The notes beneath the pieces are model-generated. The model was not told the origin of the DNA. It saw only the letters and a list, made by a program, of their open reading frames with translations, and made no database searches. A DNA stretch of 64,000 nucleotides from Phyllobates terribilis (lineage: Eukaryota): the NCBI RefSeq assembly GCF_046119375.1, contig NW_027362786.1, forward strand, positions 14,632,001 to 14,696,000, given 5' to 3'. Positions 49,940-63,000 of the stretch are shown here, piece by piece. Both the position numbers and the translations under genes were made by a program. Every line of letters starts with the position of its first letter. The first letter of the stretch is position 1.

Positions 49940-50369
49940 TTTTTTTTTCTTGTGTATGTGGTGCGTGTGTATCAGTACTTTATTTAGAGTGTGTGTGTGT
50001 CAGTGTGCTTGGTGTGAACTTTTTTTTTCTGAAAAAAAAAAGAGAAAAAAAGGAACTACAGTAGGTGGTGCAAACAGCGAGCATGATTGCGGAACAGTGA
50101 AAAAGTCCTGAAAAGCAGCGAGCACGTACGTTGATCAGTGACGTAGACACTGCTCAGCGCTTGGCCGCTGCAGGACGCACGAAAAAAAACAAAATTTGGG
50201 GGGGGGGACTGGGGGTAAAAGGAGGAGGGGAGAGGAGGAGGGGGGAGAGGAGTGGATGAGGGGAGAACAGAGATTGGTTTACCAAAGTCTTCTCTGTTCT
50301 TCTTTCAGCAGGATCAGCAGCAGGTTCTGGAAGAGGCTCTGGAGCAGGATCTGCAGTAGCAGGATAAGG

Positions 50370-50715
50370 AACTGGAGACCCAGCAAACTGGAGACAGCAG
50401 CAGGACGCCGGAGCAGGAGATCCAGGACCCTGGAGACAGCAGCAGGACGCCGGAGCAGGAGATCCAGGACCCTGGAAACAGCAGCAGGACGCCGGAGCAG
50501 GAGACCCAGGACCCTGGAGACAGCAGCAGGATGCCGAAGCAGGAGATCCAGGACCCTGGAGACAGCAGCAGGACACCGGAGCAGGAGATGCAGGACCCTG
50601 GAGACAGCAGCAGGACGCCAGAGCAGGAGATGCAGGACCCTGGAGACCGCAGCAGGATGCCGGAGCAGGAGATCCAGGACCCTGGAGAGCGCAGCAGGAT
50701 GCCGGAGCAGCAGCA
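50370..50715. repeat. 42-bp tandem repeat (~8 copies) inside the piggyBac 5' region
   Basis: ggagcaggagatccaggaccctggagacagcagcaggacgcc, period 42 (50410, 50452). Confidence 0.92.
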
Positions 50716-51831
50716 GCGACAGGAGCAGGTAGGAGAAAGGTCTTGTAGTGTAACAGAAGATTCTGTGGCACTACAAGGCCCAGCACAGCGCAGATAAGAC
50801 ATAACCGCTCTGTAGAAATCCTCACCAAGTGTGAGGATCTGCAGGGCGGTCACAGGGGTGTGACAGGGTGGTCACAGGCCGGTCACAACCCGGTCAGGTA
50901 CTCTGATTGGTGCGATGATGATGAAATCGTTCGCACCACTCAGAGATGGCTGGGGCCTGGGCAGCATCACTGGGGGTCACAGGGAGGTGACAGGCAGGTC
51001 ACAAGCCAATCACCAGGCCGTGACTGCCCTGTTAGCGCGCGGTCCCGCTGTGATCGGTGCGATCGATTAAATCGGCGATCGCACCGATCCTAGCAGTTTG
51101 GGGAGAGGGCTGGGGTTACAAGGCGACATCACTGTGAGAAATGCTGTGATTGGCTGTTCAGAACTGAACAACCAATCACAGCGATCGTGGGTGGGAAGGG
51201 GCGGCGACACCCCTCGAGATGCCGGCGCCATCTACCCTAAGGTAAGACGGCACCGGAATCTTAATGCTGTCACCGCGACTTCGGTGCCGCATTAAAGATA
51301 GGGTGTATTAATACGTATCTGGTCCATAAGGCCCAGGGCACAGATACGTACTAATACGCCCTATGTCATAAAGGGGTTAATGGGAACATGTCGTTACTGT
51401 GACCCAGCTCTATGTGTCTTTAAATTGTTAGTGGGGTTTTTCCTAAATTTTGGCAGCCGTTGCACTCACTGCATACCCTATAACTGTATAGCAGACCCTC
51501 TCCTTTCTAATGGAAACATGTCGTTACTGTGGCCCAGCTCTATGTGTCTTTAAATTGTTATTATTTTTTTTTCAAATATTGGCAGCCTTTGCAGTCACTG
51601 CATGGGCATTACCACTGTAGGAGACCCACTCCTTTATAATGGGAACATTTTTTTTTACTGAGACCCTCCTCTATTTCTCTTCAAAGCGTTATTGGGGTGC
51701 GTCCAAATTTTTGGCACCCATTCCAGTCACTGCATATGCAATAACAGTATGGCAGACCCATTCTTTAATAATAGGAACAACAAAGCCGACAGCTGGCTCT
51801 TTAAGAATAGTAAGGGCCGCCTGATGGCCCT

Positions 51832-52336
51832 TGAGGTAAGACGACTTGCTCGGCCGCTTCCGGAAGTAGACTCAGGGACCGGGTTTTATCTGCAGGCTTT
51901 ATTATATGGCAAAAAGCCCTGCAAGTCCAGCATAAATAAACATGGCCTTACTGGCAAAACAACAAAGCAAAAGATAAATAATAGCACAGTCCATATGTAT
52001 GTGGAATTCGCCCACACAGGTTGTAGTCCCAACCTTCAGCTCCGTCCTGAGCTGAAGCTTTCTGAGTCTGGAGATCTTGCCACTTCAGACCACAACACAA
52101 AAACAAAACAAAACAGGACTTAACATTTAAACCATGCTCAGCCACACCCTGAGGGGAGGTATTGTGAATGACGCCCCTCCCATCTCTATGTCATTCACAT
52201 AAAACCACACCCTTTTAAAAGAATTAACCCCCAGCATATAACATGCTGACAGAAATTCAGTAGGTCTCAGTTCACACAAGAGAAAAACCTGAGTGACACA
52301 ACTCCCCTAGTAATACACACCAGTGACTCTGTCACA
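51832..52336 (-). mobile_element. Gmr1-like solo LTR (505 bp)
   Basis: TG...CA; 4-bp TSD CCCT (51828-51831 / 52337-52340); similar to 27743-29393. Confidence 0.9.
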
Positions 52337-53426
52337 CCCTATAAAAGTAGTCTGTGACTTTCAGATTCCCTCCTTCATAAATTAAACAGGATGTGTCTGA
52401 TCATGTCTCACACACCACATGGCCAGATAAGGTTGTAAAATGTTAAAATGACATTTCCTGGTGAATGGATTTTTCACTGTTGAAAGCAATGCAAAAGTGC
52501 AGAAACGCATCAAAAACGTTACGTGTGAACATAGCTCAAGGTGTGGAGGAGCATTTTTGTTTTTGTTTATTTATTTTGCCTTATATACAAGTCATTATGT
52601 TACTTAACATATTTCCCAGGAAAATCCATTTTGGTATGTTTTATTGTGAGTCAGTAAAAGTGGCATAATACTCTGACAACGTTGTTGACAGCTGTGACCT
52701 GGGAGTCAGAAATGCTTCCAGGGGTCTTCCCCATGCTGTTTCCATGTCATTTGAGCACTGTTCCCATCGATTTGGGCAATTTTTAGGCCCTCTGCAGACC
52801 GCCAAGGGGAGCCGCCGGAAAAATGCTCGAGTTTGCCATAGAATTACATTGAGCTTGTTAATCGGACCGAGCACTCAAGCATTCCAATTTGCTCGACCCG
52901 AGGAACAAGTAGCCAAGCATTTTAGTGCTCGCTCATCACTAGAGATGGCAGGACGCTGCTCACCTGCTGATAAATCCAGGACCGGGTCCTGTATAGTGTC
53001 AGTGACTGCTCTGCTGATTTTTCCACTGAGATTTATTGCAAGAGTTTGAACTTTCAGGGTCTCCTTGTCAGTGCCAAGTCATCATTAGCTCCAGCATTAC
53101 CAGATGCACAGGAAAGTTCAGTCTGCTGCAATAAATCTCTGTCCCTATTTCTCAGAGTGACCAGAGACACTATACATAATCCTGCACTGGACTGATCAGC
53201 CCTGAACCTGGGGACAGGACATCACATGTTTTATACATGGTCCTGTATATACAGTATATCCTGTGCCAGGTGCAGGATTGATCCATCCAGTGCATATTAA
53301 ATTGTATATCTGTGCACATTTTATAACACTATAGTATAAAGAATAATACAGACATCATCTGTTTTGGGAGCGTGCCAGATACTACACTCCATTTAAAGTC
53401 TGCCAGTTGTGTGTTGTTCAAACCTA

Positions 53427-54487
<1,061 letters not shown>

Positions 54488-54988
54488 TAGGTGTGAAACC
54501 TATATAGGGATGATAAGGTAGGCAGGGTGATATTAGATCTTGCCTAGGGGTCTCCACTTCTCCTTTCCCTAATGTTTGGGCTTCCTCCCCCTCTTCCCTT
54601 CGTGTTGCACTTAGTCTTTCCCTCACCTTGCGTGACAGAAGGTTTCCGGACACTCTATGGCTGCTTTTTTATTGTGGACTGGCTCCAGCAATCTATAAGA
54701 CTTAAGAGCAATCTGGCACCTTGGCAAAGCCCAATTCTGTTCTCCCTCTGATATCTAACAAACAGGTCATGCTGGAGAAACGTGCACCTACTGCCACTCA
54801 GTCTCTTCAGCTCCTTTGTGAGAAACTAATGTTTGGGCAGCCATTCTACCAAATAAAATTCCTGAGATGGAAATTGTGGATGGCTTCGCTTCTGGTACTG
54901 GGTGCTAATACCAAACCATGGCGTGCCATAATTCACTGGCTATTCCTGGCTGGTTGGAGACTAGCTCATTCCCACAGAAAAGTACCAG

Positions 54989-55592
54989 TGTCACGGAACG
55001 ACAAGGGGACGTCCGGCGGACAGCACAGCTCACGGATGAAATGGGAGATAGAGGGGGAAAGAGAGCCCTAGAGGTAGGGAACAAGGGAAGGGACACCTCC
55101 TAACACCAACCTGTGTGTGTCCTTAAGCTCTCGTATCGTCCCTAGATGGGTCCCCCCCCCCTGTGCGCGATCACATGCTTAAGCCCTTGCTGGCCCTGGA
55201 CTTAACCTGGCTAGTTCTAAGGCCAGCAAGACATCTCACCTCGACAATGGGACAACACAAGGAAGGGAAGACAAACATTGGGAATATAACCACATAAAAT
55301 ACACATCTCTCCAACAGAAAGCTTCAATGCTGCAATAGCAAAAAACACCACAGCTTCTCCAGCGACTGGCTCCTTCAAAGAGGTCAACATAGAATGAACT
55401 ATAATCAGAAGTCAGCTGATGGTTCATGTGGTTATTTAAAGGGAGGTGCGAGTGGCACCAACCAACATCAGCTGACCGCGAAAGGCTGTCAGCAAGAGAC
55501 TAATATTAACCCTTGCTGGACCAAAAGGAAAAAAATACATTTAAATTACAGCATAACCAGAGTTGCCACGAATCTCCAAATTATTCCTGACA
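54989..55592. mobile_element. Solo LTR (604 bp), family unassigned
   Basis: TGTCA...TGACA ends; 5-bp TSD ACCAG (54984-54988 / 55593-55597). Confidence 0.8.
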
Positions 55593-55679
55593 ACCAGCAA
55601 GCTAAGGAGATGGTGGCCTCTATCATCATGGAGTTTTCTCGCTGTCTAGGAGACCGACCACCGCTGCTGTCTACCTTAT

Positions 55680-56128
55680 GAACATTGTGTTGAAACTTGA
55701 TTGACCCTCTGCGTTGGGAAGACGTTTTCCGTCCTAGGGTCCGACTGGGTCCCGGCTTCCATAATATTAACCCAGCGTGCCGTCAGTGAGATGTACTGTC
55801 CCTGGCCACAAGCACTTGTCCACGTGTCTGTGGTTAGGTGGTCCTTCCAATTAACTGCGTTGGTGAGGGTACGGGTAATGTTCTGGGACCCATGCTTGTA
55901 TAAGGCGGGGACGGCACACCGGGAGAAATAGTGGCGGCAGTACCGAGGGACAGCCGCCACCAGGAGGTTGCGAAAAGCTTCCGCCTCCACGAGCCTAAAA
56001 GGCAAAATTTCTAGTGCAAGTAGTCGAGAAATCTGGCAGTTTAGTATTGTGGCCTGTGGGTGGATGACTGCGTATTTGCGCTTGCGTTCCAAGGACTGGG
56101 GTAGGGACAACTGAACGCTGAGGGACAA
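55680..56128 (-). mobile_element. Internal hAT transposase fragment related to 42585-46022
   Basis: VQLSLPQSLERKRKY...LEILPFRLVEAEAF...TTDTWTS. Confidence 0.85.
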
Positions 56129-56134
56129 CTGAGG

Positions 56135-56847
56135 AATATGCCGACTTCAAGTACAAAAAATCTCCCGGATCCGCACATTCCTCAAACAAGAATCTGCAAA
56201 AACAATTGTGCATGCTCTCATCATCTCCCGCCTCGACTACTGCAACCTCCTGCTCTGTGGCCTCCCTTCTCGCACCCCTCCAATCAATCCTAAACTCTGG
56301 TGCCCGACTAATCCACCTGTCACCCCGCTATTCCCCGGCCTTTCCTCTCTGTCAATCCCTTCACTGGCTGCCCATTGAACAGAGACTCCAGTTCAAACCC
56401 TAACCTTGGCATGCAAAGCCATTCACAACCTGTCTCCTCTATACTTCTGTGACCTAGTCCCCTGGTACTTGCCTACACGCAAATTCCGATCCTCACAAGA
56501 CCTCCTCCTCTTCTTCCAATCACATACAAGATTTCTTCCGTGCATCCCCCCAACTCTGCAACTCTCTACCACAACATATCAGGCGCTTGCCTACCATGGA
56601 AACCTTCAAAAGTAACATGAAGACCTACCTCTTCCGACAAGCCTAAAACCTGCAGAAACCAGCGCTCCACCACATCGCTGCACGACCAGCTCTACCCTCA
56701 CCTACTGTATCCTCACCCATCCCTTGTAGACTGTGAGCCCTCATGGGCAGGGTCCTCTCTCCTCCTGTACCAGTCACCGTCACGTTTTTGTTCAAGATTA
56801 TTGTAATTTTTTGCTATGTATACCCCTTTTTCACATGTAAGGCACTA
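56135..56847 (+). mobile_element. L2-clade LINE 3' end
   Basis: ALIISRLDYCNLLLCGLP, LQSILNSGARLIH, LHWLPIEQRLQFK; (AAT)n tail. Confidence 0.85.
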
Positions 56848-56951
56848 TAATAAAAAATAATAATAATGTGGTCCAGACTCACAGCTACTGAGACTGGATA
56901 GTGTGGAAGACAGGGTGGTGGTGGTTGCAAACTGACTGGAAGCATTATTTA

Positions 56952-57567
56952 CACTGTGTTCCAAATTATTATGCAAATAATATTTTCTCAAATTTTCCCA
57001 AATTACCTATATGAATTGCAGTCATTGTAATTTTCCAGTCAAATAACTATTATAGTACAATTGAAAGGTTTTTGTACAAACTGCCTATGATAACAGTATA
57101 TTTTTAAAAAAAATAAAACACTCAAACTGCACTCAAAATGCATGTTCCAAATTATTATGCACAGCAGAGTTTTCAACCTTTTCATTTTAATAAAGAACAA
57201 AAAAATGGTCATTTTTGCAATTATAAGCATTAGCAGGTTATTACAAACTGAAATCAAACAGTTTTCACCTCAAAACTTTATTCTAGGTGATGTTACATTT
57301 GCACATAGGACCCCTTGTCCGAAAGGAGCTTCTGAACTCTCTTGTCCATTGAATTTGTCTGGTTTTGGATGGTTTCTGCTTCAATTGTTTTGCATGAGGA
57401 CAGAATACCCTCCCAGAGCTGTTGCTTAGATGTGAACTGCCTCCCGCCATCATAGACACTCCTTTTGATGATGCTCCAGAGGTTCTCAATGGGGTTGAGG
57501 TCAGGGGAGCATGGGGGCCACACCATAAGTTTGTCCCCTTTTATGCCCATAGCAGCCAGAGATGCAG
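56952..57567 (-). mobile_element. Tc1-like transposon 3' fragment
   Basis: TA followed by CACTGTGTTCCAAATTATTATGCA, with an inner direct repeat near 57143; WPPCSPDLNPIENLW. Confidence 0.85.
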
Positions 57568-58652
57568 ATGTGTGGATCGAGGGGATTTCTCACGGTGATA
57601 CTCCCAGCGATGGACCCGCTGCGCCCTGACAGTCATTGTCACCCCCAGGCACGCCAAAATTTCTATTTTTAGCTTCTCATATTCCTTGGCGTCTTGCAAG
57701 GCCAAGTCACAGTAAACCTTCTGGGGTTCCCCCGTCAAGTATGGTGCCAGCACCTCTGCCCATTGCTCTGGTGGCAATTTCTCCCGCTCTGCCACCTTCT
57801 CAAAAACAGTCAGGAACACCCCAACAACATCACCCGGGGTAATCTTTAGCAAAGCTCTTCTTGCCGTCTTCCTGACGTGTGAGTCATCACCTGCAATTGG
57901 GGGAGGGATGGTTTCTCTACTGCTGACTTCCCCTGCTAGGAGTTCCATCTGGCATTGCTGCTGTTGGTTCTGCAGCATCAGGAGTTTATTTGTCTCCTGC
58001 TGTACCTGATACTGCTGCTGCTCTCGGTGCTCCTTCTGGAACTTTGCCTGCTGTTGCTGTAGCTGCTGCTGGTGCTGCGCTTGCAACAGATGTTTGAGCA
58101 GTCACACGTGTTTGCTGGGAGTGTTGCCCACAATTCTAACACCACCTGTGTTAAAACGGCTTGCTGGGCTGTACACTGAAGTAGACACGAAACACTGTCT
58201 CTTTAAATTTTCAGGTTAGTTTATTAAGCGTCATAAGCTAACCTGGAGTCCATAAAGTAAACATAGCCCATTCAGCATAAAGGCAAAACAAAAATAGAAA
58301 TATGCAGGACAGTCCGTATGTCAGCCGGGTCCGGCCACTGAGGGTAATTCACATGTCAGCACAACACCTGCGAGCTCCTTTCTGGAGCATGTTTTCTCTT
58401 GAAACTGACCACCTCCTGAGTCAAAAGGCTGGCTCTTTATAGCCCCAAACCACACCCTGGAGTGGAGATATGGTGGATGGAGTCCCTCCCAGAACTTAGC
58501 CATCCACCTGTAAAGCATGCCCTTGTAAACCTGGCTATTAACCCTCTCTGCACCTAATGTGTAGGAGAAACTTCCATGCTTCACATCACTGAAGCCAATC
58601 GTCTCAGTGAAACATATCTCCTCTCCAGTATTCTGACAGTGACTTTGTCATA
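57565..58652 (-). mobile_element. Gmr1-like element fragment: LTR (58147-58652), degenerate tRNA-Leu-like PBS, gag N-terminus
   Basis: Gag matches the 27k copy (FLTVFEKVAEREKLPPEQW..LTGEPQK); minus-strand TGGTGTTAGAA follows the LTR. Confidence 0.85.
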
Positions 58653-59185
58653 CCACATATATCAATATATTATGTAATACTTTATTAACACCTACCTTTG
58701 GGCGAATTTGGATGTTTGGTTACAGTGTGTACACACATATAAACTAACAGCACAACATGGCCCCATATGCACACACTCTTACATATTACACTGTTGGTTG
58801 ATCTGGGTCCAAACTTTTGGGGCTAATGCTCCATCTATATGTATGTTTGTTTGAACTTCATCTGGTCATTCTTGGCCTTCGATATGCACACAGGCACTTT
58901 AAATCTAATGTGACTTCCTTGTATGGTGTGAGCGCATGCGCGCTGATCCCTCTTCTGCCGTGCACCCACCTCCCTGTCTGTTCTCCTGTCCCGGTCACGT
59001 GCTTTGTGGCCTGGCGCCGGCCACCCCACGTGGCCTTAATGGTGGTGTGGCGGGCCGATGGATGTGCCGCAGGATTGGGCAATTGGCGTGCATATTCCAA
59101 ATGAACCATTTGTTATTGAACCAAGGCGATCACGTGACCGCAAGGTCCTGTTACTTAAATGGGACATTTTCCACCTTTGGCCACG

Positions 59186-59224
59186 CCCCCTGAGGAAGCT
59201 ATTATAGCAAAATGTGAGTTGGGG
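59186..59224 (+). ncRNA. Decayed hammerhead ribozyme motif (probable PLE pLTR relic)
   Basis: CCCC-CTGAGGA-A-GCTA/TAGC-AAAA (GAAA expected)-TGTGAGTT-GGGG. Confidence 0.5.
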
Positions 59225-59827
59225 ATCGGGAGTCTGAACTGCCACCGCTTTGGACCATGGGTACTTACTGTATTTATACACTTATACAGTTTTTTCATCC
59301 CTGTATGGTTTCATATTAATGTGAGTGGGCTACCAGTGATAGATGCCAGCACACACTGTTGTGATATTGAGTGCATGGTTGCATCATACTGCCCTCTCTT
59401 TGTATGCCCAACACGGATTCTGATTTACTGTACCCCTGCCCTTTATATGGTCATGCATAGCACTATCCTCACTTGAGTAGTGGTTGGCACATCCAGACCC
59501 ATTTTCTGGGTTTTACTTCTACTTTGTAATATTATTGATACTTTTTCTGCCCTCCCTTTCTTGTTCTTACTTTGTGAATAATGATCAATTTTATCTATTA
59601 TGAAATAAACTATACTTTCTACTTGAAATAACATTTACTCACTGTCCTACTCTGTCTAATATATATCCTGTATACTATATGTGTAATACTGGCATATACA
59701 GCATAATAAGTAACTCACATATAATATACTTTTACCCGTTTCATGTTGTGGAGTTCAATTGTGACCTGCTTGAGTGAGTAGAGTTGCAAAAAAAACCACA
59801 AGCAAAAAAATCGACATTCCTAGGTAA

Positions 59828-60002
59828 TAGTGATGAGCGAGAATGCTCGGTACTCGCCCGAGGATCTCACTGCTCGAGATGCTCGGCGCTCGGCTAGTAT
59901 TTCCGGGGTTGCTCGGTGGGAGCTCGGGTCTCCTCCCTGCATGTTTGGTGCTCTTTACTGAGCCAATCAACATGCAGGGATTGTCTGACACACACTCTAA
60001 TG
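59828..60002 (+). mobile_element. hAT terminus interrupted by the LTR element
   Basis: TAGTGATGAGCGA TIR and subterminal sequence similar to 41674-41830. Confidence 0.8.
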
Positions 60003-63000
60003 TGTAACGGGTCTGGGAGGCGGAACCTCTGAGCTACTATACAAGGGGGCGGTCCTTGTAAGGGAGCAGGTGGCGACCAGGGAAGACGGGCAGGCAGTCA
60101 CAGCAGGTGACCGGGACAGTCTCTGAGTGAACGGGCAGGAGGTCACGGCAAGTGACCGGAGCAGTCTCTGGAAGAACGGGCTGGAGGTCACGGCAAGTAA
60201 CCGGGGCAGTCTCTGGGTGAACGGGCTGGAGGTCACGGCAAGTGACTGGGGCAGTCTCTGGGTGAAGGGTAGGTACGACCTGTGATGGCAGAGCCTCCTA
60301 GCAGGCAGATGGTTGATGTATGCTCCCAGGTGAGCAAGCGAGAGTCTCTGGAGTGGCAGGTGGTCACAGCACGTGACGGCGGAGCCTCCAGGTAGGCTAG
60401 CAGGCAGGTAACAGGTGTGCGCTCCCAGGTGAGCGGGCAGGAGTCTCTGGAATGGCAGATGGTCACAGCACGTGACGGCGGAGCCTCCAGGTAGGCTAGC
60501 AGGCAGGTAACAGGTGTGCGCTCCCAGGTGAGCGGGCAGGAGTCTCTGGAATGGCAGATGGTCACAGCACGTGACGGCGGAGCCTCCAGGTAGGCTAGCA
60601 GGCAGGTAACTGGTGTGCGCTCCCAGGTGAGCGGGCGAGCTGGTCCATAGACAGACTGACCGGAGTAGTAAGGCAGACCGTCGGACCTCAGGCAAGCAGG
60701 CAGGTAGCTGACGTGCGCTCCCAGGTGAGCGGGCAGACTGGTCCTTAGACAGACTGACCGGAGTAGTAAGGCAGACCGTCGGACCTCAGGCAAGCAGGCA
60801 GGTAGCAGGAATGTCAGGCAGGAAACAGGCAGCAAACTGGCAGGACTCTGGCAGGAATCAGGCAGATAACTGACAGGAAACTGGCAACGGGACCTGAGGG
60901 CTGAAGCAGAGTAGAACAGTGCAACAACATTGCTCGGGCACCTCCATTTTGGAGGAGGTGCCTTATATATGATGAAGTCCTCCGGCCATTGGCCGGGGAC
61001 TCCTTAGGACGGCGCGCGCGGCCCCTTTAAGAGGAGGGGAGCGCGCGCGCGCGCGCCCTAAGCACAGGGGCCGGGAAGGAGCGCGCGCTACCAGCAGAGC
61101 GGGAGGAGGACGCCGGGCTCGGAGCAGAGAGGTGAGGGGAACAGCGTCCCTGCCTAGCAGAGGGCAGGGACGCCGACGCTACAGTACCCCCCCCTTTAGG
61201 CCCCCCCTTTTTTAGGCCAGACAGAAATTTAGCAAGGATGAGAGGGGCATGGATATTCTCCCGGGGCTCCCACGTTCTCTCCTCAGGACCAAACCCCTTC
61301 CAATCTACCAGAAAAAAGGTTTTTCCTCTTACCCTTTTGGTGGCCAGAATGTTCTCTACCTCAAACTCGTTTTCAGCGGAAACCGGAGCAGGAGGCGTAC
61401 CTGTAGACTTGGAAAAAGAGTTAAGTACCACGGGCTTGAGGAGAGATACATGGAAGGAGTTAGGGATCCGCAAGTTGGCCGGGAGTTTCAATTTATAGGC
61501 CACCGGGTTGATCTGACTGATAACCTCCAGAGGACCGATGAACCGAGGCCCTAACTTATAGGAAGGAATCTTGAGCCGGACATACTTGGACGAGAGCCAG
61601 ACTTTATCCCCAGGACGGAATTGAGGAGGATCCAGACGTTTTTTGTCAGCATGTCTTTTCATACGCTCGGATGACAGAAGGAGTGCGGACCGGGTACTCT
61701 CCCATATGGAGGAAAATTTGTTAACAAGAGATTCCGCAGCCGGATTGTCCACCGAGGTGGAGACGGGAAACGGGATCCGAGGATGCTGACCGAAGACTAC
61801 AAAAAACGGGGATTTGGAGGAAGATTCGCTCTCGTGATTGTTGTACGAGAATTCGGCCCATGACAGGAGATCCACCCAGTCAGAATGGTGGGCATTAACG
61901 AAGTGCCGGAGGTAACTGGTCAGGTTCTGATTGATCCGCTCCACTTGACCATTAGACTGTGGGTGGTAAGCGGAGGAGAAGTCCAGGGTGACGTCTAGCA
62001 ATTTACAAGTGGCTCTCCAGAAACGAGAAGTGAACTGTACCCCTCGATCCGACACGATGTGACGGGGCAGGCCATGAAGACGGAAGATGTGGCGGATAAA
62101 GTCTTTAGCCAGCTCGGGTGCAGACGGGAGGCCTGGCAGGGGAATGAAGTGAGCCATCTTGGAAAAGCGGTCAGCGACCACCCAAATGACCGTACAACCG
62201 GCAGAGACGGGCAGATCAGTTATGAAGTCCATCACTATATGCTGCCAGGGGGCAGCAGGTACTGGCAGAGGAAGAAGGCGGCTGGCTGGCAGGTGTCTCG
62301 GAACTTTGTTGCGGGCGCAGGACACACAGGCAGAAACAAAGTCTATTACATCCTTGTGCAGGTTAGGCCACCAGTAGTGCCGGGTAATAAGCTGGAGGGT
62401 CTTTTTCTGACCGGCGTGGCCAGCTAGTTTAGACGAATGACCCCAGTGTAGGATCTTCTCCCGATCAGGTACTGATACGAACGTCTTACCGGGAGGAAGA
62501 CGATTTAGACTCACGGGAGCCACCTGCATTACTCTGGCGGGATCAATGATATGTTTAGGTTCTTCCTCGAGGTCAGATACCAGAAAGGATCGGGACAAGG
62601 CGTCCGCTTTGATGTTCTTGTCAGCCGGGCGAAAATGTAGAACAAAATCAAAGCGAGCAAAATACAAGGACCACCGGGCTTGGCGCGGGTTAAGTCTCTG
62701 GGCATGCTGGAGATAAGCCAAGTTCTTGTGGTCAGTGTAAATTATTACCGGATGAAGAGCCCCCTCGAGCAGGTAACGCCACTCCTCCAATGCCAGTTTG
62801 ATGGCCAACAACTCTCGGTCTCCTATGGAATAATTGCGCTCTGAGGAGGAGAAGAGTTTAGAGAAGAAGCCGCAAGTTACCATCCTCCCGGAAGATGATT
62901 TTTGAGTAAGTACCGCTCCGGCTCCAGAGGAGGAGGCGTCAACTTCCAGGAAGAACTGCTTGTTGCCGTCCGGGCGATGCAGTACCGGGGCGGAAGAGAA

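Larger units (their letters stand above)
46403..51376 (-). mobile_element. piggyBac transposon (4974 bp), nested in a hAT subterminal repeat
   Basis: TTAA at 46399-46402 and 51377-51380; TIR CCCCTTTA; removing it restores the gagacccactcctt..taatgggaaca repeat unit. Confidence 0.95.
41674..52941 (+). mobile_element. hAT DNA transposon (11.3 kb including nested inserts)
   Basis: Perfect 8-bp TSD GAGATGGC (41666-41673 / 52942-52949); TIR TAGCGATGAGCGA / TCGCTCATCACTA. Confidence 0.95.

Noticed and set aside
56952-57567. Assignment of this Tc1 fragment to the DD37E/TRT family
   Set aside because: The sequence resembles that group from memory, but the second catalytic Asp is deleted so the spacing cannot be counted.
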